64,000 nucleotides of DNA from a virus (IMGVR_UViG_3300042396_000450:32001-96000); one strand, 5' to 3'. Numbered from the stretch's first letter, positions 40,984 to 51,943 are shown. Numbers and translations are program-made. The notes: generated by a model from the sequence alone, not told the origin.

Positions 40984-41774
40984 GTTAGCTTTATCTCTTT
41001 TAATTGAGTTAGATATTCCTGAAGTTGCGGTGTCTTAAATGTAATAGCTGGATTAATTACATCCTTGAAATCAATAGTCTTTCTAACTGTCCTACCATAC
41101 TTAATCTTCTTAACATCAATATTAGGATTCTTAGCTTTAACTTTATCAACATATAACTTACGGAATAATTCCTTACCTATTCCAGAATCACTTAAACTAT
41201 TTAGATTAAGCTTATAACTCTCACTTAATAACTCACGCATCTCTAGTCGAGGTTTAAGATACTCAAGTACCTTATAAGTTATATCAAGATCATTCTTGTT
41301 GTAATCAATAAGTAAGTTAAGTTGATCTGGTCTAACTTCATCTAGATAATGTATGGGTAAATCTTGTATTCTATGATGTTTAAGATTAACTCCACACATC
41401 TTGAGCGACGTGGTGTTAAATCCAGCACGTAGAACTTCTAATACATCGTAAGAAACAAAGGGGAGGTCATACCTATATGGATTGCGGTCGCCATTAATTA
41501 GAGTTTGTGCAAATTCCCACAATTCTAACTTACTGATATTAGGATGACGTAAAAGATGCACTAATACAGCATCGTCAAAGTTCCATCCATTGAAGCTAAT
41601 TAATATAGAATTAGTTGCAATGAAGTTAGCTAAATCGCGCCTATCATCAGTATCGTCATACCATAGATAAGTCTTATATTCACTAGTTGCAAGTGAATAA
41701 GTAGTTAAGCAAAATAGGTTCTTGTATATCTCAATATCATATACATAACCATTGTCATATAATTTCTCTAACAT
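40980..41774 (-). CDS. Family B DNA polymerase, 3'-5' exonuclease half
   Basis: YDIEIY.N.F, FNGWNFD, SLK, YNKNDL. Confidence 0.85.
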   Translation of the reverse strand: MLEKLYDNGYVYDIEIYKNLFCLTTYSLATSEYKTYLWYDDTDDRRDLANFIATNSILISFNGWNFDDAVLVHLLRHPNISKLELWEFAQTLINGDRNPYRYDLPFVSYDVLEVLRAGFNTTSLKMCGVNLKHHRIQDLPIHYLDEVRPDQLNLLIDYNKNDLDITYKVLEYLKPRLEMRELLSESYKLNLNSLSDSGIGKELFRKLYVDKVKAKNPNIDVKKIKYGRTVRKTIDFKDVINPAITFKTPQLQEYLTQLKEIKLT

Positions 41775-41877
41775 ACTAGTCCCATATTATAAAGTTCTTA
41801 TCTTCGTGATCATAAACCTTACTAAACAACTTAAATTGCGGCGTATCATTAATTGCGCCATCTAATGAAGTTAAAAC

Positions 41878-42216
41878 TTATGAAGGTTCTACCAACCATA
41901 TATTATCTACAACTATTGGTGTTTTTAAATGAATGGGAATGTCATCTTCGTCGTCCCATTCATAGTTAATTAAAGTAATATTGATATTATCATTCTCAAT
42001 TACTATGTCATAATATCCATCTAAATCATCATTAATTGAACACGTTAACTTACTATCAATAATGCTGCAACAATTAAGTTTGATAAAACTATCATCATCT
42101 AACTGTAGTTTAAATAAATCACAGTGTAATTCAACTCTATTGATTGATGTAAGAAAAATAAGTAACTTATCAACTACTTCTTTTAATTGTTTAATTATAG
42201 ACATGGATATTTCCAA
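41878..42216 (-). CDS. Hypothetical protein
   Basis: 112-aa ORF. The frame continues about 35 codons past the TAA. Confidence 0.5.
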   Translation of the reverse strand: MEISMSIIKQLKEVVDKLLIFLTSINRVELHCDLFKLQLDDDSFIKLNCCSIIDSKLTCSINDDLDGYYDIVIENDNINITLINYEWDDEDDIPIHLKTPIVVDNIWLVEPS

Positions 42217-42416
42217 TTCATGTACTTAACGTAATCATCTTTAGTAACTTCAGTTGTTAATACTAAGTCACCTTCTGCAAATTCATTAATGTTATCTCCA
42301 GTAATAACACTAATACTATAACTACCATCTTCGTAATCGTATCTAACGTACATAAAGTTTCACCTATGAAAAAGCCCGCGATTAACGGGCTAACTAATTT
42401 ATGTGATTGATGAGAA

Positions 42417-42935
42417 CTACATCTCTTTTTTCTTACGCAATATAGGTTTTTCAATTAATTGTGTTTCGTAAATTAAGCTACTATCAATAATCTCAAGTCG
42501 TTTACCATTAACAGTAGCATTAATATCATATAACTTTAATACTGCATTACCATCACTAACACGTCCATTGAGTTTAATAGTTTGATAATTTCTACCATAC
42601 TGTAATCTAACAATTAGATAGTTATGATTGAGATTCTCAAATATTACCCTACCAATAATGTTAACTACATCTAGTTCTACATTAGGTTGATCAATAACTC
42701 TACCAATTATAGTGAATGATAGATATGGAGTTTGTGTATCACTCTGATTATAGATAGCTACATTATTAGTATTAGGTACTAAAATTAGTTCATTGCTTTC
42801 AGCCAAGTCTAGTTCATCATTATCTACTAGATATTGTACTTCTTGACTCAGTGTACATGGATAAGTGCTGCCAAATGCAGTTAGTGTACCGTTACAATAA
42901 GTCGCTGTCGTGATTACTCGTGCTTTCTGTTTCAT
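42417..42935 (-). CDS. Hypothetical protein
   Basis: 172-aa ORF downstream of the helicase. Confidence 0.6.
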   Translation of the reverse strand: MKQKARVITTATYCNGTLTAFGSTYPCTLSQEVQYLVDNDELDLAESNELILVPNTNNVAIYNQSDTQTPYLSFTIIGRVIDQPNVELDVVNIIGRVIFENLNHNYLIVRLQYGRNYQTIKLNGRVSDGNAVLKLYDINATVNGKRLEIIDSSLIYETQLIEKPILRKKKEM

Positions 42936-44679
42936 ATAGATTCAAGTGTTCCGGTTTAAATGTTCTATCGGGCATATTGTCTAGTGTAATCATGTGATAA
43001 CTATTCTCCCTATCTACTTTTCTAAATTCAATGTTGATTACTTTATTTATAATAGCAGGTTCTTCTATAACTTGTACAGTATCTCCTACTTTAAATTCAC
43101 ATGGGTTTAGTAATAACACAAGTTTATTACGTTCATCATTAGTTAACTTAGCTTGAACGTCTTTACGCTCGGTAATAGTAAGTGATTTAACCAGTTCTTT
43201 AACTGCATCAACTCCATCATCAATAGCTGCAACTAACTTAACTTTAATTACTTCTAACTCACTTTGATATAACGCTGCTACACGTTCTTTCTCTTCAGCT
43301 TTATATTTCTTATCTGCCTCAGCTTCTAGATATACAGTCATCCATGATTCTCCACTACTATCAATAGCATATATAAATGCTCTGTTATTACCGACATAAC
43401 GTATGATACCTTCAGTAGATGTCATATCGTTGAGTCGCTTAACTACATCATTACGAGATGCGGCAGTTAGTTCGACTATATCATTAAGTGTTAACCCATA
43501 GACTTTAACCTCAGTATCCTCTACATCAACTTCATCACGCCATTGTTCCCATCGTTCAAATAATAATCGCAGTATTTGATTCTGTAATTCAATATTCTCA
43601 ATTGATAATACTGATTCCTTAAGTACCTTAAAGTACCAATAGTTAGCTTCATCTTTCTCGAATAATAAACTTAACTTAATAGGTTCACCATCACGAGGTA
43701 TGGTGTGAACATTAACAGTACCATCATCAGCAGCAAACATACTCCATACACCATCATTAGCGCGAGTTAAGGCACTAGATCCTGCCACACCATTCATCAT
43801 ACCAGTACGATTATTAGCGTTAGCCATCTTAGTATTATGGTGCAGTAGAAGAATACTGAATCCATGTTCCTGAGCTAATGATTGTAACTTATAGAGCGCA
43901 CTTGGTACTTCAGGACTATATTCTGTATAACCTGATACCTTGAGACTAGCCGCTAATGTATCAATAATAATAAGATTGATATTCTTCTCTTTAACTATAT
44001 CTAGTATCTTAGTTTGATCTAATACAATATCTACATTACGAGTTACTATTAACTTCTCACTATTAATGAGTTCCTTATATAACTCAGGTTCTTCTAACTC
44101 AAGTAACTGTAAACCGTGATCATAGATACGAGTTATAGTAGTACCATCAATAGGTTCTTCGTTCTCAATAAATAGAACATTGCCCGCAGTAGATTCTCTA
44201 TTGAGAAATGGTGTACCTCTAGCTACAGCAACCGCCGCATGAGTAGCTAAATTAGTTTTCCCTACCTTTGGACTAGCAACTACCATTATGAGTTGACCAA
44301 ATTTAAGTAGTCCCTTAAATATCCATTGAGTAGCTTTATCTTTACGTAAGTTAAGTAACTCAGCTAACGTATAGAGTTTGATCTCTTGTTGCTCTACGCT
44401 ATATACTTGAATTAACTGTTCAATGTCTTTCTTATCTGTTACAAACTTAGACATCCATTCAGTTAATTGAGCTTTAATTCTCTTCTGTTTAAGTAATGAT
44501 TCACAACTTGTCATTACAGCAATACGTTTACGAAATTCACTTTCTAATAGTGTATTAAAATCAGTTTCTATTTCATCTGGTGTTTTATCATAATCAGAAC
44601 AATCTCGATGAATTACCTCGTCTCTAAGTTGCGGTGTTAGTTCCAACAACATCTGTAAATAAATGTTGTAATCTTGCAT
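42892..44679 (-). CDS. Replicative helicase-like RecA-fold ATPase (AAA_25 / RepA)
   Basis: VVASPKVGKT, VLFIENE, IIIDT, LLHHNTK, GSSAL. Follows the primase gene. Confidence 0.82.
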   Translation of the reverse strand: MQDYNIYLQMLLELTPQLRDEVIHRDCSDYDKTPDEIETDFNTLLESEFRKRIAVMTSCESLLKQKRIKAQLTEWMSKFVTDKKDIEQLIQVYSVEQQEIKLYTLAELLNLRKDKATQWIFKGLLKFGQLIMVVASPKVGKTNLATHAAVAVARGTPFLNRESTAGNVLFIENEEPIDGTTITRIYDHGLQLLELEEPELYKELINSEKLIVTRNVDIVLDQTKILDIVKEKNINLIIIDTLAASLKVSGYTEYSPEVPSALYKLQSLAQEHGFSILLLHHNTKMANANNRTGMMNGVAGSSALTRANDGVWSMFAADDGTVNVHTIPRDGEPIKLSLLFEKDEANYWYFKVLKESVLSIENIELQNQILRLLFERWEQWRDEVDVEDTEVKVYGLTLNDIVELTAASRNDVVKRLNDMTSTEGIIRYVGNNRAFIYAIDSSGESWMTVYLEAEADKKYKAEEKERVAALYQSELEVIKVKLVAAIDDGVDAVKELVKSLTITERKDVQAKLTNDERNKLVLLLNPCEFKVGDTVQVIEEPAIINKVINIEFRKVDRENSYHMITLDNMPDRTFKPEHLNLYETESTSNHDSDLL

Positions 44680-45457
44680 ATAGAAGTTCCTTTATATTAT
44701 GTGTACCTACCAAATCAGCTATATCACCACCATCATCAGATGTAACATCATCAAGAGGTACAAGATAAAATGGTTTACCAAGTGACCATGCTACATATTT
44801 AATTAAGTCAGATTTAACTTTACCGATTTTATCATTATCTGGAAGATAAATAATTCCAGTTATATGAGGATTACTTAACTGTGCGAATAGATAATTATTA
44901 CTCCATCCAAATGAAGGGGGTGATAGTGTTAACCATCCAGTAATTGAACTAACTATATCTGCACATTTCTCACCTTCAGCAATTAAAACACTACCATTAG
45001 TTATGTATCTTTGATTAAATAGACTTGTATTCTTACCTCTACCATATATCCATTGATTACCAACCTTATATTTAGGAAACAATTGCTTACTACCACCACT
45101 ATCAACTCGTTCAACAATAAATTCATCAGAGTAAGAAAAATAAGTGATGCGGCGATCTCCTATTTGATATTGTTTAGCTAACTGATAATGGGGCGGACTA
45201 ACCATGAGTGCATCAAACTTAGTTATTGTAGGTTGTTTAATAACTAATGTTGATGGCGTAATTATGCCACTAGAACTAGATAAACCAAGAGCTGTTCTAA
45301 TTTGAGCAGTTGAACAATTCTCAGTTACACATAAGTATGCCCAATCTAGTTTCTTATACTTTAATTTGCCACCACAACTAGGACACTTATAACATATCTC
45401 AGTTGTTAATTCACTTAATATTTCTAACTTACAATCAGCTAGATTAAATTTAGGCAT
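44624..45457 (-). CDS. DNA primase (Zn finger plus TOPRIM)
   Basis: CPSC...C..C, IAEGEKCAD, LPDND..G, GDIAD. Confidence 0.82.
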   Translation of the reverse strand: MPKFNLADCKLEILSELTTEICYKCPSCGGKLKYKKLDWAYLCVTENCSTAQIRTALGLSSSSGIITPSTLVIKQPTITKFDALMVSPPHYQLAKQYQIGDRRITYFSYSDEFIVERVDSGGSKQLFPKYKVGNQWIYGRGKNTSLFNQRYITNGSVLIAEGEKCADIVSSITGWLTLSPPSFGWSNNYLFAQLSNPHITGIIYLPDNDKIGKVKSDLIKYVAWSLGKPFYLVPLDDVTSDDGGDIADLVGTHNIKELLYARLQHLFTDVVGTNTAT

Positions 45458-45458
45458 A

Positions 45459-45659
45459 TTAAATTAAGTCTATTATGTATTGAGTTAAGTTTTCAATAGT
45501 AACTTCATCTTTATCACCATCTAATAACTGCTGATAACAAACTGAAATTTCAGTTTGTAAGTCTTCTAAGTCGTTAAAAGTTGTATGACTTAATCTTAAA
45601 TCAGCAAAGCGTAAACAACTTGATAATAATACTTCTAATTGATCTTTACTTATGTGCAT
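45459..45659 (-). CDS. Hypothetical protein
   Basis: 66-aa ORF. Confidence 0.5.
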   Translation of the reverse strand: MHISKDQLEVLLSSCLRFADLRLSHTTFNDLEDLQTEISVCYQQLLDGDKDEVTIENLTQYIIDLI

Positions 45660-45951
45660 GATGAACTACTCCATGTATTGTTAACCTATGTTCTATATCA
45701 CCTTTATAATCAATTAGAGTTACTAGAACTTCATCTCCTTCAAGTACCATATCTATAATGTAGTTATTATATGATGAACTTAATTGAAATAAGTCATACG
45801 TCTTATCTTTAATTAACTTAACTAACTTATCTAAATGTTCTTCTAATTCAGGTGTTAATTGCATAATACTTCTCAATGTAATTTCTATCTTTAGTAAACT
45901 CAGGTATTTCATTATCAATAATCCAACTACTTCTAGTTGTATCACCGACAT
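45646..45951 (-). CDS. Hypothetical protein (true start probably MQLTPE near 45864)
   Basis: The 5' part of the called ORF overlaps the Thg1 gene. Confidence 0.45.
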   Translation of the reverse strand: MSVIQLEVVGLLIMKYLSLLKIEITLRSIMQLTPELEEHLDKLVKLIKDKTYDLFQLSSSYNNYIIDMVLEGDEVLVTLIDYKGDIEHRLTIHGVVHHAHK

Positions 45952-46576
45952 TATAATAACTTTTAACTACACATCTACCACGTTTATTTGAAGTAGATAA
46001 ATCATTCCAGTTATAGCCTTGTTGAAAACATAACTCTTGTACTTCACTTGTTTTCTTACCTTGAAGTTGTTTATGTGGTATTAGAGATTGACCTAGTGTA
46101 TTAATTGAATTTCTAACTTGATCTTTCTGTCTCCAGATAAAGTAATTACATACATCAGATTCAGGTATATTAAAACTTCTACTATCAAAATAAGCACGTT
46201 TAATATCACCATTCCAAATTAAGTTACTATTAACTGTAAATTCAACACTTGCAATAGCGGCACTTATTGATTCTATTTTAGATTGATTATAGTTAAACCA
46301 TGCTTCACTAGTTATCTCTTTATAGTCATGTAATAGTAAACTTATTTCATCTGATTGAATATAAGCAACTTGTACATCTTGAATTTCCTCACATAACTTA
46401 ATAGCTGTTAAATTCATAACATTAATTAAGTTAGCATCAAACTTATTCTTCAATGGTTTAGTGTATGTATGAAACGCTTTACCATCGAGACGTATGATAA
46501 CAGGTGTACGTCTAGTTAAATAGTGAGTACATCTACTCTCGTAATAACCTTTAATTCTATCTCCAAGTGAATCCAT
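45848..46576 (-). CDS. tRNA(His) guanylyltransferase Thg1-like protein
   Basis: IIRLDGKAFH, YIQSDEIS, FDSR, YFIWRQ.D..RNS. Confidence 0.93.
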   Translation of the reverse strand: MDSLGDRIKGYYESRCTHYLTRRTPVIIRLDGKAFHTYTKPLKNKFDANLINVMNLTAIKLCEEIQDVQVAYIQSDEISLLLHDYKEITSEAWFNYNQSKIESISAAIASVEFTVNSNLIWNGDIKRAYFDSRSFNIPESDVCNYFIWRQKDQVRNSINTLGQSLIPHKQLQGKKTSEVQELCFQQGYNWNDLSTSNKRGRCVVKSYYNVGDTTRSSWIIDNEIPEFTKDRNYIEKYYAINT

Positions 46577-46613
46577 AATAGTACAGGGGTTAATTAACCC
46601 CTAGTTAAAGTGT

Positions 46614-47051
46614 TTAATTATTAAGTAACTTAGTTATCTCATCTAACTCTAATTGAGTTTTAAGATCCGCACTCATTAAGTTATTTAGACGTTTCTCTAA
46701 TGTAGCCAACTCACTCTTCTTCGTACTGATACTTAATCTACTTAATCTAGTTTTAAGATCAATTGTCCATTCATTTAATGTGTAACCTAGATAAGTAAAC
46801 TTATTATCTAAACCTAATATTTCAGTTGCTCTAGTGTGCATAACTTCTTTATTAAGTAAGAAAACAAGTATGTCTAGTATTTGTTGTTCATTTGCAGTTT
46901 GAATATTAACAATAGCATTAGCATCAACAAACCATTTAAATGCACAATTAGTAACCCAATTAGGTTTAACTTCAAGTGCCGCGATTTCAGCTTTCTTCTT
47001 ATTTACGATATCGAGTAATTCTTGAACTTTAATATCAGACATATGTTTCAC
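46614..47051 (-). CDS. Conserved phage hypothetical protein (coiled coil)
   Basis: 145 aa; W.TNC and Y.GY...W..D pattern. Confidence 0.6.
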   Translation of the reverse strand: MKHMSDIKVQELLDIVNKKKAEIAALEVKPNWVTNCAFKWFVDANAIVNIQTANEQQILDILVFLLNKEVMHTRATEILGLDNKFTYLGYTLNEWTIDLKTRLSRLSISTKKSELATLEKRLNNLMSADLKTQLELDEITKLLNN

Positions 47052-48061
47052 TATCCTTGAATGTATTGTTTACCGTTAACTAAATGAACTACTAAATCAG
47101 AATAGTTCATTAATAAATCATCTTTAGTTACTGTTATGTATTTATCATGACAACTAACTTCATTTGTGTTAACTGCATTGTTACTAACTGTAATTAACTT
47201 ACAGTAACTTAACACAACGTAATCTGAAATTAATGGAAGATAACCCTGTAGATAATAACCATAGATATGACCATTAATCTCTTTATATACATAACGTTTA
47301 TCATTAGTAGGAGTTAATTGAGTTAGAGATACATGACTTATAAGAGATATGTTTTTACTACAGTTCATTATCTCTAGTAAGTCAACATAGTTATCTACAG
47401 GTAACTCACTTAACCTAACTGATAAACTAGTTAATCCAGTTAGAGGAACTAACTTATTATTATCATCAATAAACACATATCTCTTAACTAAGTCATAACT
47501 AAAATCACACCAGTTGTAATCATACCAATCATACTTACCAAGATAAGTTAAGTTAACTTGCTTTTTAGTTTGATAGATACATCCAGGTATTAAATCCCGC
47601 ACACCTATTTTCTTACCTTGAAGAGATGTGAATTGATTGGCAGCTTTATACTCTTCACAGTTAGCTGGTAGTAATACTAATTCCTTACCATCCCAAGCAT
47701 AGATAAACTCACCTTCTAACTCTCGCTTATTGCAGTTAGTATTCATTAATATGAATAGTAGATTAGATGGTGTTATCTCAAATTCAAATCCTCTATCATC
47801 GTATACTCGAATCATTGATCTACCACTTGAATAGTGTGACCAACTATCTCTAGTTACATCCTTATTTAGAATGAAACCAGATCGAGGAGTATTATCTAAC
47901 TCTAATGTAGGGATAGTCGTATCTATCCAACCATTAAATGACTTCTCTTTGCGTAACTTACCAGTAGCATCATAGTAGATGATATAAGCTAATTGCTTAG
48001 TGAAACATTCACTTCTAACTTGAAATCCAACTTTAATCCGCGATGGTATGAATAGCTGCAT
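47051..48061 (-). CDS. Conserved phage hypothetical protein
   Basis: LAYIIYYD..GKLRKEKSF..W, RVYD.RGFEFEIT..NL. Confidence 0.65.
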   Translation of the reverse strand: MQLFIPSRIKVGFQVRSECFTKQLAYIIYYDATGKLRKEKSFNGWIDTTIPTLELDNTPRSGFILNKDVTRDSWSHYSSGRSMIRVYDDRGFEFEITPSNLLFILMNTNCNKRELEGEFIYAWDGKELVLLPANCEEYKAANQFTSLQGKKIGVRDLIPGCIYQTKKQVNLTYLGKYDWYDYNWCDFSYDLVKRYVFIDDNNKLVPLTGLTSLSVRLSELPVDNYVDLLEIMNCSKNISLISHVSLTQLTPTNDKRYVYKEINGHIYGYYLQGYLPLISDYVVLSYCKLITVSNNAVNTNEVSCHDKYITVTKDDLLMNYSDLVVHLVNGKQYIQG

Positions 48062-48713
48062 TATTAACCTCTAAATAATTAACGGAATCTTTTAGACGTA
48101 AGAAAAAAGTAGAGATGTGGTTTATTACTTCATCTAAATCGGTAGATACACAACTGTCAATTGTATTTCCTATTTCGTCATCAATATCAGACATTGAATT
48201 AATATATAGTATGAATTTACGATTATCATGAAAATGATAAATTCGTAAATTTATAGATTTGAATGAAGTTTTAAATTGAATACAATTAAGTTCATTATTT
48301 TCAGTAAACCACGTTAAATTAAACGCACTATCTAACTTATCTTTAATTACAGTTACTTCATCATCAGTTATTTTATTTAACTTATCTCTAGTTAACTTAA
48401 CTGTAGTTCTATGTGATTTGATTACACTAGCTAAATCATTTAGATATTTATCTACTCCATCTAAATCATGTTGTAGATCGTAATTAACTCGTCTTTCTAA
48501 TAACTCAAATAAGTTATCACTTTTAAAGTAAGCTACATTATCTTCATCTACTTCAATACTAGTTGCGGGATTATGTCCTATCTCATTAATCCACATAACA
48601 CCATTATCTTCAATGGTTAATATTACTTTATCTCCAGGATAGAATGAGTAATCTACATCTTCACCTCGACATTCAGGTAAATTACGTAATACTATTGCAT
48701 TGTAAACTTGCAT
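48033..48713 (-). CDS. Hypothetical protein
   Basis: 226-aa ORF. Confidence 0.6.
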   Translation of the reverse strand: MQVYNAIVLRNLPECRGEDVDYSFYPGDKVILTIEDNGVMWINEIGHNPATSIEVDEDNVAYFKSDNLFELLERRVNYDLQHDLDGVDKYLNDLASVIKSHRTTVKLTRDKLNKITDDEVTVIKDKLDSAFNLTWFTENNELNCIQFKTSFKSINLRIYHFHDNRKFILYINSMSDIDDEIGNTIDSCVSTDLDEVINHISTFFLRLKDSVNYLEVNNAAIHTIAD

Positions 48714-48715
48714 AA

Positions 48716-49183
48716 TTAATTTCCTACAACTACTTCTATTTCATGTAACGTTAAACCACTTAATGTCTCAAATTGCTCACGTTTATCATAAGGTAATTTA
48801 ATGCGGCAACTCATACTTCTACTTCTGTCTGCTAACCTATCATCACCCCATACAATATAACTAGTTAATTCTCCGTTACATTTAACTAACGCAATTATAA
48901 ATCGCGCAGACTTATCCTTAGTTAGCGCAATTCCATCTAAGTCATGATAACTAGTTCTATCGAAGTTAATATTTTCAAGTCCTTTTGATTTAGCTATCTC
49001 ATATAACTCAGCTAACTTAACTTGTACTTCAATATCATCAAACTTAAGTAATGTAAAGTAGAGATTAAATACATAATCTCTAGTTACATCATCTGAATCA
49101 ATGTAAACGTACTTATCTTGATAGTAGATATTAATGAATGGATTACCTGGATGATTGTGAATGTATTGGTATGAATATGTCAT
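48716..49183 (-). CDS. Hypothetical protein
   Basis: 155-aa ORF. Confidence 0.6.
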   Translation of the reverse strand: MTYSYQYIHNHPGNPFINIYYQDKYVYIDSDDVTRDYVFNLYFTLLKFDDIEVQVKLAELYEIAKSKGLENINFDRTSYHDLDGIALTKDKSARFIIALVKCNGELTSYIVWGDDRLADRSRSMSCRIKLPYDKREQFETLSGLTLHEIEVVVGN

Positions 49184-49193
49184 GTTACTATTC

Positions 49194-50006
49194 CTATTTA
49201 ACTAAATCTACTCGTTCTCCTAGAAACCCATATCGTTCAGCTTCAGTTTCCATTTGTTCCCAATCGAACTTAGCATTATCATAGTAGCAATTAACTAAGT
49301 TCTTCATTTTATCCCAATAGAACATTACAGCATCATCATTAAGATAATAGATAAATGGTGATCTGCAAGTTTCAGTAACTCCAATAATATATGCGTTACT
49401 TACTTCATGAATGCAATTAGTACGTTGATTTATAGCAGCACAATAAGCAGATAATTGTAAGTAGTACCCAATTAGAGGATAATACTTACCACCATCTTTA
49501 GTTTGTGCAACTGGATATTTAGCTCTATTCCAGTTTTTCCAGTCCGCCACTGAATTAGATGAAGTAATAACCCCACTATCTCTACCAATGAACTTAGTGG
49601 TATCTACATTGCCGCACATATCGTATGTACCAGCAAATCCACGTCCAGTAGCTTCATCTACCCAATATGTCTTCTCTTCAACAGCTATGGGAGTTATGAA
49701 ATCAAGTACAGGTAGAAACTTATTGAAGAATACATCATCACTTGTTTGAGTTACGCTTGTTTTCTTACTCTTATAATAATCCTCGATTAATTTATGTACC
49801 TCAGTACCACGAGTTGCAGCAGTCTGTGTTATTTTATTAGCTTCAGCTTCACCTACACTAGCACGCCATTTAAGTAATCCCTCTTTAGGTTTAGCGTAGT
49901 TAATTAATGTAGTAACTGATTTAAATTTCTTAGTTGTTCCATCTAATTGATATGAACGACCTTCTACTTCATCATTTATTTGAGTTAACATATTAGTCTT
50001 ATACAT
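49194..50006 (-). CDS. PD-(D/E)XK exonuclease
   Basis: SVTT, RGTEVH, AGTYD, ADWK, LQLSAY. Confidence 0.85.
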   Translation of the reverse strand: MYKTNMLTQINDEVEGRSYQLDGTTKKFKSVTTLINYAKPKEGLLKWRASVGEAEANKITQTAATRGTEVHKLIEDYYKSKKTSVTQTSDDVFFNKFLPVLDFITPIAVEEKTYWVDEATGRGFAGTYDMCGNVDTTKFIGRDSGVITSSNSVADWKNWNRAKYPVAQTKDGGKYYPLIGYYLQLSAYCAAINQRTNCIHEVSNAYIIGVTETCRSPFIYYLNDDAVMFYWDKMKNLVNCYYDNAKFDWEQMETEAERYGFLGERVDLVK

Positions 50007-50032
50007 ATTAAATATAAGACTAATATATCACA

Positions 50033-50371
50033 TTACTTGGATTCTAAATGGAAATTATGAAATATACCAAGACGACCTATATCGTAAGAAACAGAGATGG
50101 ATGACTTAGTTAATAAATCACCAAATTCACTGTAACTAACTTGATATTCATGTCGTTCATTAGTATCATCAACAACTACAATAGTGTACTTATCTGAACA
50201 ACTTTCACCTAGATAGTTACCGCTACCATCGGAGTTAGGTGTACATGATTCCTCATGCCACTTATCAACTAGTACACCATTAATATTAGTGTGAGTTAAT
50301 TCAGATGCGTCAATTGCAGTACAACTAAATACAGTTAATATTACTATTATTAGATTTAGTATTAGTTACAT
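50033..50371 (-). pseudogene. Signal-peptide / lipoprotein-like gene with a stop at codon 2
   Basis: ATG TAA, then LILNLIIVILTVFSC..., open for about 110 codons. The ATG overlaps the SSB stop. Confidence 0.55.
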
Positions 50372-50790
50372 TAATAACCACCACTAACATCTTCTTGTTG
50401 TTTAGCTACATTAGGCATTACTTTAGCTAGATGAAAGAAGTGATTAACCTTAGTATCTTTATATGCTTTACCTTCATATTCGCGTACTCCATTAGTAATC
50501 ATGCCATGGAATACAACATTATTACCCTTCTTGAATACTAACTTCTCAGATGGTGGTTTCTCAATAGCATCTAGAAACTCAGTAGATGCGCCACCGTTAT
50601 CCCAGATTGTGAGATCATAAAAATCTACAATGTTCTCATAATCACCCGCTTCATTTTTCTTACTTCCTGCGTTAGCTGCAATCTTAATCTTTGCAGTACG
50701 CTTCTCACCTTTAGGCTCAATAACAATATCTGCTACTAAACGTCCAGCAATTGTAGATTCAGTACCAGATAGATAAAATTGATAAGCCAT
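50371..50790 (-). CDS. ssb: Single-stranded DNA-binding protein
   Basis: IAGRLVAD, IAAN, DFYDLTIW, KKGNNVVFHG OB-fold pattern. Next to the exonuclease. Confidence 0.75.
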   Translation of the reverse strand: MAYQFYLSGTESTIAGRLVADIVIEPKGEKRTAKIKIAANAGSKKNEAGDYENIVDFYDLTIWDNGGASTEFLDAIEKPPSEKLVFKKGNNVVFHGMITNGVREYEGKAYKDTKVNHFFHLAKVMPNVAKQQEDVSGGY

Positions 50791-50881
50791 GATTCTTTGT
50801 TCCTTATTTAACTTTGTCGTTTGTTGTGCTTAGTCACCCCGCACGATGTTACTTCAACTATATTACCACAATAATCTAAAA

Positions 50882-51139
50882 TTACATGGGACTATGACGA
50901 CTAGGTCGATAATACTTCTTATACCAAGTTATTAGTGTTGTTTTAACCCACTCACATTCAGTAGCGTTATTACAGGCAGCTTTACTAGCAGCAAAGTCAA
51001 TTAACATTGCTTCAGTTATTTCATCAGGTACAAAGTAATGATCACATAATACATCAGCAATGTATTTCAATACTGCGGGATTATTATGTTCTGCAACTAC
51101 ACTAAATAGAAAGTATTGAATTGGTAATGTTATCTTCAT
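50882..51139 (-). CDS. Hypothetical protein
   Basis: 85-aa ORF. Confidence 0.5.
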   Translation of the reverse strand: MKITLPIQYFLFSVVAEHNNPAVLKYIADVLCDHYFVPDEITEAMLIDFAASKAACNNATECEWVKTTLITWYKKYYRPSRHSPM

Positions 51140-51142
51140 AAT

Positions 51143-51943
51143 TTAAATATCCAATATAGTTCTTAATGCACAATCTAGATAATTAACTTGGTTGCCTGTA
51201 TAAACGTATTGACATTTACTATTACGTGTAGGTTGTCCAAAACTACCACATCTAACAAACTGAGGAGCGCGTTTACTTAATGTAGTGGCATGAGTTAAGC
51301 TAACTCCTTTATGATTAAGATATTCAACTACCGTAAAACTAACATCATCTGAATAATTATGTTCTAACTCTGCATCAATTACATCTTTAATACCAGGATT
51401 ATTAATGTGAGCTTCTTCAATAGCATCTAACTTAGTTGTTCTAGATAATAGTTGTTTATTAGTTTCTTCTTGTTGTGTTAACTTCTCGTTCATTGAGTTA
51501 ATCATCTTCATCATTTCAAATAACATCTGATTCTGATTAATGTTATCTAATGTTTGATTATTATATTCCTCATCTGATTTAATTACGTTAAATGCTGTAT
51601 CACATAGACGATTAATAGTTTCTTCTGTACCAGCAGCTAATAACGCTTGAGCTAAGGTATTACCTTTATTAGCCCAATATGTCCAGTAAGAAACAATAAG
51701 TTTAATAGGTACAGCGTTAAATTTAATACCAGGTCTACTGTCAATTTCAACTTCGACAAGGCTGGAATCCTTATGTGGTAAAGCTTCTGAGGATTTACCT
51801 GCTAAAAATTCGTTAAGGCTTGCAGGACGTTTATTTATTGATAATCCAGCTTGAGTTTGACTAAGTTTATACGTACCATCAGAAAGCATAAATACTTCTA
51901 AATCAACTGAACCGTATTTAATCGTAGTTCTTGTAGCTTTCAT
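51143..51943 (-). CDS. Antirepressor-like DNA-binding protein
   Basis: LEVFMLSDGTYKLSQTQ N-terminus. Coiled coil, PG motif and YL..KG C-terminal block as in 8470/31711. Confidence 0.62.
   Translation of the reverse strand: MKATRTTIKYGSVDLEVFMLSDGTYKLSQTQAGLSINKRPASLNEFLAGKSSEALPHKDSSLVEVEIDSRPGIKFNAVPIKLIVSYWTYWANKGNTLAQALLAAGTEETINRLCDTAFNVIKSDEEYNNQTLDNINQNQMLFEMMKMINSMNEKLTQQEETNKQLLSRTTKLDAIEEAHINNPGIKDVIDAELEHNYSDDVSFTVVEYLNHKGVSLTHATTLSKRAPQFVRCGSFGQPTRNSKCQYVYTGNQVNYLDCALRTILDI

Noticed and set aside
49194-50006. Cas4 / CRISPR-associated nuclease
   Set aside because: No four-cysteine Fe-S pattern and no array. The context next to SSB fits a recombination exonuclease.
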